Below, piece by piece: positions 58,701 through 64,000 of a stretch of 64,000 nt of DNA (positions within the stretch are counted from its first letter, which is position 1; each line of letters starts with the position of its first letter). This DNA is from Candidatus Multivorans sp. (lineage in GTDB: Bacteria; Acidobacteriota; Thermoanaerobaculia; Multivoradales; Multivoraceae). The notes beneath the pieces are model-generated. The model was not told where the DNA came from and did not search any database. It worked only from the letters and a program-made list of their open reading frames with translations. The DNA is taken from positions 736,001 to 800,000 of the forward strand of contig OZ245033.1 in the NCBI GenBank assembly GCA_965224025.1, given 5' to 3'. Both the position numbers and the translations under genes were made by a program.

Positions 58701-59769
58701 ATGAACCTCGATCAGGCCAACGCTCTCCGGTGGACTGCCGCCACCCGCGGCTACTACGAGGTCTACTACCTGACCCTCAACGACCTGGTGAGCGAGACGG
58801 GCTACTGGATTCGATACGTCGTCCAGGCGCCCGAGGTTACAGATCGCTGCGCCGATCTGGAACTCTGGTTCACCTTCTTCGATCGCGGGAATCCCGAGAG
58901 GAGTTTCGGCGTGTTCGAGCGCCGTCCCGTGACGACGCTCGAGTCTAAGGTTGCGCCCTTTCGTTTGGGCCTTCGATGGCGGCCTGGTTGAGGGGTGCCG
59001 CTTCGCGCCGGCGGAGTTGCGCAACGGGCTGGCCCGGGGCGGGATCGGTCAAGGTGGCCGGCGAGTTCGATGGCATCTCGAGTGGCCAGCGGATTCCGAA
59101 CTCATCCTGCCCTTTCCCGAAGCGCTCTACAGCTCGGGTGACGTGCCCGGAGCGATGCTCTACCCGTACCCGGCGGCGCATTTCACCGGGACGATCGAGA
59201 TCGGGGACCGCCGACTGGTGATCGCGGACGCGCCGGGTCAGCAGAGCCACATCTGGGGCCGGAAGCACCCGGCCCACTGGCTGTGGGCGCACTGCAACCG
59301 CTTCGACGACGATCCGGCGGGCTACCTGGAGGTTTCGTGTATCCCGGAGTCCTCCGACGGACCGCCTCCCGTCCACATGTTGATCGCCTGCCTCCATGGC
59401 CGCGAAGTCCGGCTGATCTCGCCGCTTGACGGTTCGGTGGCTCCGAGCGAATCGGCTCCGGGCCGGTGGCGCTTCTCAGCCCAATCGGAACGCGAACGGG
59501 TCGAACTCGAAGTGACCTGCCCGCCGGATCTGATCCTCGAAGCGCCGTACACAGACCCGGACGGGTCGAGTTGCTTCTGCCTGCACAGCGACCTGGCGAG
59601 TTGCCGGCTGCGGCTCTTCGAACGTGTTGCCGCGGAGGGAGACGACCGAGAGTCGGAGTGGGAGAATGTCGGAGAACTGAACAGCGACGGCTGTTGCCAC
59701 GTGGAGTGGGGAGACTGGCATGAGCATCCCGAGATCGAAGGGCGCATCGAGCGTGTCGGTCCGGTCTGA
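58701..59769 (+). pseudogene. Tocopherol cyclase-like beta-barrel protein split by one frameshift (~58965)
   Basis: YYEVYYL, YWIRY and LWF in one frame; G.Q.HIWG.KH...W.WAHC and Y.DPDG..C..S..A in the other. Confidence 0.6.
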
Positions 59770-60784
59770 GCGCGGGCGGGCTGCTCGGCTTGCTTCCGGC
59801 GCCTTGGCGCCGGTGCTGGCCGTCCTTCTCGCCTGCGCGCCTCTCGGCCCGGGCGCGGTCGATTCGGCGGCTTCCGGCGCGGCTCTGACCGTCGCCGAGA
59901 CGCCCTCTTCGGCACAGACCGCGGGCGGCGAGTTCATCTCCTGGCGGGAGCATCGCATCGACGACGAGGTGTCCCTGTTCAGGATCGACGGCGATCCCCT
60001 GGTCGATTCGAGCTGGACCGAGACGGTGCTGGCGACGGTCACCGTGCCGATGAACTCGCGGCCGGTCGACCTGGACGGCGACGGCGACCTGGACATCCTC
60101 GCGGGCAGCCGGTCGGAAGCGAGGATCTTCTGGCTGGAGAACCTGCTGGAGGAAGGTGAGCTCGCCTTCGAGGAGCACCCGATCGAGGTCACGGGTAGAA
60201 CCGAGCCCTGGCAGCGCGGTCCGCGGCGGCTCACCGGCATGAACGTCGAGTTCGCCGACCTGAACCACGACGGCCGGCTCGACATGGTCCTCCAGGAAAC
60301 GCCGGTGCTCAACGTCTGGCTCGAGCAGCCGGCCGACCCGGTGGCGGAACCGTGGACGATCCATCCGATCGGGGACACGGCGCCGGACAATCCCACCGGC
60401 CTCGCGCTCTTCGACATCGATGAAGACGGCGACCTCGACCTCTGGAGCGGCGCCTACAGCTCGAGGCCGCGCGACCGCGACGGCGAGGACAAGACCGCCG
60501 CCAGCGTCTCCGGCCGCCTGGGATGGTTCGCGAATCCCGGCGATCCGACGGGCGAGTGGATCCGGCACGACGTCTCCCGCCGCGTGCGCGGCATGTTCGA
60601 CGAGTTCATCGTCCTCGACATGGACCAGGACGGAGACAGCGACCTGGTGGCCACCCGCGGCAATAGCGGCCACTACGACGGCGTCTTCTGGCTCGAACAG
60701 GTCCGCACGGCAGAGCCCCAGCGGGCCTTTTCCCCGGCCCGCGAATCCGAGAGCCGACACCTGCCGCTGCCGCCGGGCGACTGA
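59720..60784 (+). CDS. FG-GAP/VCBS repeat protein, internally deleted paralogue of 36476-37984
   Basis: Shares ISWREH.IDD and the C-terminal RHD.SRR.RGMFD.F...DMD.DGD.D...TRGNS...DGVFWLEQVRTAEP, but lacks about 165 internal aa. Confidence 0.78.
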   Translation: MSIPRSKGASSVSVRSERGRAARLASGALAPVLAVLLACAPLGPGAVDSAASGAALTVAETPSSAQTAGGEFISWREHRIDDEVSLFRIDGDPLVDSSWTETVLATVTVPMNSRPVDLDGDGDLDILAGSRSEARIFWLENLLEEGELAFEEHPIEVTGRTEPWQRGPRRLTGMNVEFADLNHDGRLDMVLQETPVLNVWLEQPADPVAEPWTIHPIGDTAPDNPTGLALFDIDEDGDLDLWSGAYSSRPRDRDGEDKTAASVSGRLGWFANPGDPTGEWIRHDVSRRVRGMFDEFIVLDMDQDGDSDLVATRGNSGHYDGVFWLEQVRTAEPQRAFSPARESESRHLPLPPGD

Positions 60785-60821
60785 GGCTCGCGGCCGTCGC
60801 CGCTGGCGGTGCGGCTGGGCC

Positions 60822-63218
60822 TCAGGCCATGTGGTCCGTTGTTCCAGTCTTGACGGCCATCCAGGCAATAAGGTGGACCTCTTCCTCCTCGACGGCAGGT
60901 AAGAGTCGGACCGGCTCGGGCGGTTGGAGGCCCAGGTCTTTCGCGAGATCCCGGAGCCGCTCGACCTGTACCGTCCTGGGCTCGTCTGTGTTCAGAATCC
61001 CGCGCACGTCGCGTTGCACGCGGGCCGATGGCACGGTGTTGAAACAGGCGATCAACTTGGCCAGTTCGTTGACGCCAAGAACCTCGTCGCCATGGCGATG
61101 TAGTAGTTCCGAGGCATCGCGGAATGCCTTCGGAACGTCCGGTTGAAGGTTGGCCGGGTCCGTGAGTCGCATCCATTGGTTCCAGGCATGCCTGCGCGCG
61201 ATGTCCCAAGCGTCGAACGCGCCTTCGTACATCGCGCGACTCAGTTCGCGCTCAGTGTCCTCATGCACTGGGTCGGCCGCAATCAGCGCCTGCAGGGTGT
61301 CGGCCCCAATGACCGGTTCGCCGGCGGTGTTCCTAAGTGGTCGCCACTTTTCGTCGACGGGAACGTACCGGAAGTGTGGATCGCGCCGGCAGACTTCGCA
61401 ATCGGGTTCGAGGCAGGCCCGGCCACCTCGCGATTCCTCCGAACCGTTGGCGGCGCCGCGGAAGCAGTGGCCGACACGGATGCAGAAGACATAGCCCGAC
61501 TGGTTGCATGCCGAGTTGACGAATCCCGAGCCGGAAGCGAACGGCAACTGTAGAACCCCGGCGCGATCCGCGCCCGGTTGCATCGCCTGCCGGAGGCGGT
61601 GCCGGTACTCCTCGCCGGAGAGCGCCCTGTGCTGGCCTCCCCGCTCCAGGATCCCCGTGTCCTCGGCGTGCAGTTCCATGATCTGTCGACGCGTATCGGT
61701 GAACACCTGACCCTCGCCTGCATCGAAGCCGGGCAGCACCGGCCCCGTACCGACAGCGGCGTCGGCCATGGCGAGCTTACGGTGCAGGCGCTGCTCAAGG
61801 TCGAGGAGTTCCTCCAGTCTGCGGGCTGGGAAGAAGCAATCAAGGACGATTCGCCTGTGCGGCGATCCGATCCGGTCGATTCGGCCGTGACGCTGCACGA
61901 CTCGCATCGGATTCCATGGCAGGTCGTAGTTCACGACCCGTCCGGCCTGCTGGAGGTTGACGCCCTCGGAGAGGACATCGGTTGTGAAGAGCAGGTCGTA
62001 GAGGTTGTCGCTGTAGGGCGTGCCGGCCGTCTCTGGCGCGAAGCCGGCGAGGACGCGGGCGCGGTTCTTCTGATCGATCCCCGTCTTCGAACCGTGGATC
62101 GGGTGGGTGGGAAGGCGGTTCCTGTAGTCGGACAGAGGATCGTCGTCAGCAGCCGCGGCGATTGCCAGCCTCACCCTGCGTTGCAGGTCCTGAACCGTGG
62201 CGACGAAGCTCGAGAATACGATTGTCTTGCGGCGGTCGGAGTCGCTGAGACCGTGCGAACTGGTCGAGCGATCTCGCGGAGTCTGCCGATGAGCTGATCT
62301 GCCTTGGGATCCGTCTCCTTGTCTACTGCGGCCGTCGCAAGGGCCTGCAGGTGCCCAAGAAGGAGGAGGTCAGCCTCGACATCGGCGGTCAGATCCTCGA
62401 TCCCGTAGTCCGCCGCCGGCGCGGCCCCCGACTGCGACCGTTCGTTGAGCCGTTCGAGATGAGATTCCAGGTCCTCGGCATCCGAGGCGACCCATTCCTT
62501 GAGTGCATCGCCGACCAGGACCCAGCCGCTCTGAAGGGCCGAAAGAAAGGCCTCGTGCGACCGGACCAGCGTGTTCAGGGTTGACAGGAGCGCCGCTGGG
62601 GACGACTCCAGGCACTTCAGCAAGGCGGAACGGAGAAGTCCTGCATTCGCGAGCTGGTACTGGTGGTCTCGTGCTGGACCGAGACGATAGGCGTCTGGAG
62701 TGTAGCGGGCCAGGATGAGGCGCTCGGGATCGCTTGCGCGGAAGTCGCCCTCGTCCGGTTCCTCGAGCGCGTGGATCACTGCGGCCAGCAGCGCATCGCC
62801 GACGGGGTCCAGCTCGTAGCCGAGGCGTTGAAGCTTGGGCGTGGGGAAACGGATCGTCTGCTCGGTACCGTCCGGCCCGGGAATGCGGTCGTTCGTGTAG
62901 TACTCCCGCACGAAGCGACGTGTGCGGCGCACGGCGACGCGGTCGAGAAGGTCGAACAGGTGCTCGGGCGAGAGCGACTCGGGGTCCAGCCGCTCGGCGT
63001 CCGCAACGTACTTGCGGATCGACGGAATGCCCGCGTCGGCGAAGAACGCGTCGTTGCGTATGAAGAGCGAAACCAGCGCGTGTAAGTCGCCAAGGCTGTT
63101 GTTGACGGGAGTCGCGGTTAGCAGGATGACCTGCTTGGGATGAGCGCCACCTACCAGGGCGGCCACTGTTTCGGTGCGTTGCGCTTGGGGATTGCGGAGG
63201 TTGTGGGCTTCGTCAATC
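60822..63218 (-). pseudogene. SNF2/SF2-type helicase, interrupted by IS3 and frameshifted (~62250)
   Basis: IDEAHNLRN, LLTATPVNN, RRTR, KTIVFS, TDVLSEGVNLQ and NYDLPWNPMR..QR.GRIDRIG motifs; sequence upstream of motif II is replaced by the IS3 end. Confidence 0.85.
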
Positions 63219-63273
63219 TGAGGTTGCCCCGGTTTCGTGGACACTACATCCTTGGAGGAGGAGATATCCCACG

Positions 63274-63582
63274 ATGTCGAGAAAGAGGAGTCGGTACCCG
63301 GCAGAGTACCGGCAACAGATGGTGGATCTGGTCCGGTCCGGGCGCAGCCCGGACCAACTAGCCCGCGAGTTCGAGCCTTCAGCACAGTCGATCCGTAACT
63401 GGGTGGCCCAGGCGGACCGCGACGAAGGTCGCCGCCAGGACGGCACTACGACGGCGTAGCGCCAGGAGTTGCGCCGTCTGCGCCGAGAGGTACGCCGGTT
63501 GCGCGAGGAGCGGGAGATCCTGGCAAAAGCAACGGCCTGGTTCGCTCGGGAGACGGGCCCGAAGGGGTCTTCAAGTTCATGA
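63274..63582 (+). pseudogene. IS3 OrfA with a premature TAG at 63457-63459
   Basis: RYPAEYR..MV.LV.SG....LAREF......IRNWV HTH; the frame continues past TAG as ELRRLRRE..RLREEREILAKA.AWFARE. Confidence 0.85.
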
Positions 63583-64000
63583 GAGCGCACCAGGCCGAGT
63601 TCCGGATCACGACGATGGCCCGAGTGCTCGGTGTCTCCACGAGCGGGTACTACGCCTGGTTGAAGCGTGAGCGGTCGGCCAGGGAGAAGTCGGACAGCGC
63701 TCTGGCGGAGCGGGTGCGGGCGATCCACGAACGCAGCCGCGGGACCTACGGAGCGCCGAGGATTCAGGCTGAGTTGGCTGATGAGGGGTTCCCAGTGAGC
63801 CGCAAGCGGGTCGCCAGACTGATGCGAGAGTCCGGTTTGGCGGGCATCAGCCGCCGCAAGCGACCGAAGACGACGCGCCGCGCCCCGTCGGCTCGCCCGG
63901 CGCCTGACCTTGTCGAGCGGGAGTTCACAGCCGAAGGCCCCGACCGGTTGTGGCTCGCGGACATCACCTACGTGCCGACCCTTGCCGGCTTCCTGTACCT
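63579..64000 (+). CDS. IS3 OrfB transposase (partial)
   Basis: MARVLGVSTSGYYAW, YGAPRI.AEL, RKRVARLMR, DLVEREF.A..PDRLW.ADITY motifs. Confidence 0.9.
   Translation, partial: MRAHQAEFRITTMARVLGVSTSGYYAWLKRERSAREKSDSALAERVRAIHERSRGTYGAPRIQAELADEGFPVSRKRVARLMRESGLAGISRRKRPKTTRRAPSARPAPDLVEREFTAEGPDRLWLADITYVPTLAGFLY

Larger units (their letters stand above)
63219..64000 (+). mobile_element. IS3-family element, left part (continues past the window)
   Basis: Terminal TGAGGTTGCCCCGGTTTCGTGGACAC left inverted repeat followed by orfA/orfB. Confidence 0.9.

Noticed and set aside
62171-63385. Helicase ORF starting at 63385
   Set aside because: The first ~55 codons are antisense IS3 sequence; helicase similarity begins only at the IS boundary (63218)

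Overview
This is a high-GC (roughly 68-70% by eye) bacterial window. The twin C-terminal 'FWFF..N.E..VKVLDG...NG..W' domains and the gene repertoire suggest Acidobacteriota/Thermoanaerobaculia, possibly a marine host-associated lineage (inference). Bases 1-24.5 kb are mostly core genome: glmU, a UvrD/PcrA helicase, four tRNAs (Pro, Arg, His, Arg), a GT9 heptosyltransferase, NUDIX/HAD/Rrf2 genes, ispH-purD-ricT, a polysaccharide glycosyltransferase operon, serS and tRNA-Ser. From a degenerate duplicate of the tRNA-Ser 3' half (~24.6 kb) to the end, the window is accessory and partly decaying. It contains two DUF3604 and two FG-GAP paralogues, PQQ-dehydrogenase and soxC/soxD relics, three tandem QueG/reductive-dehalogenase-like cobalamin Fe-S proteins, hicBA, a 2-hydroxyacid dehydrogenase + four-subunit 2-oxoacid:ferredoxin oxidoreductase + sulfatase operon, a Cre-like recombinase, a repeat adhesin, a DUF2235 lipase, a Fic protein and an IS3-disrupted SNF2-type helicase. 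The strongest signal is a complete IS110 element (7479-9190) inserted in a REP-like palindrome. Its bridge RNA (all four guides plus handshake bases), CC core and circle-junction promoter can be read directly from the sequence. Other highlights are the QueG-like triplet, inverted 11-6-11 sites around the Cre-like recombinase, and REP copies lying in frame inside coding sequences.
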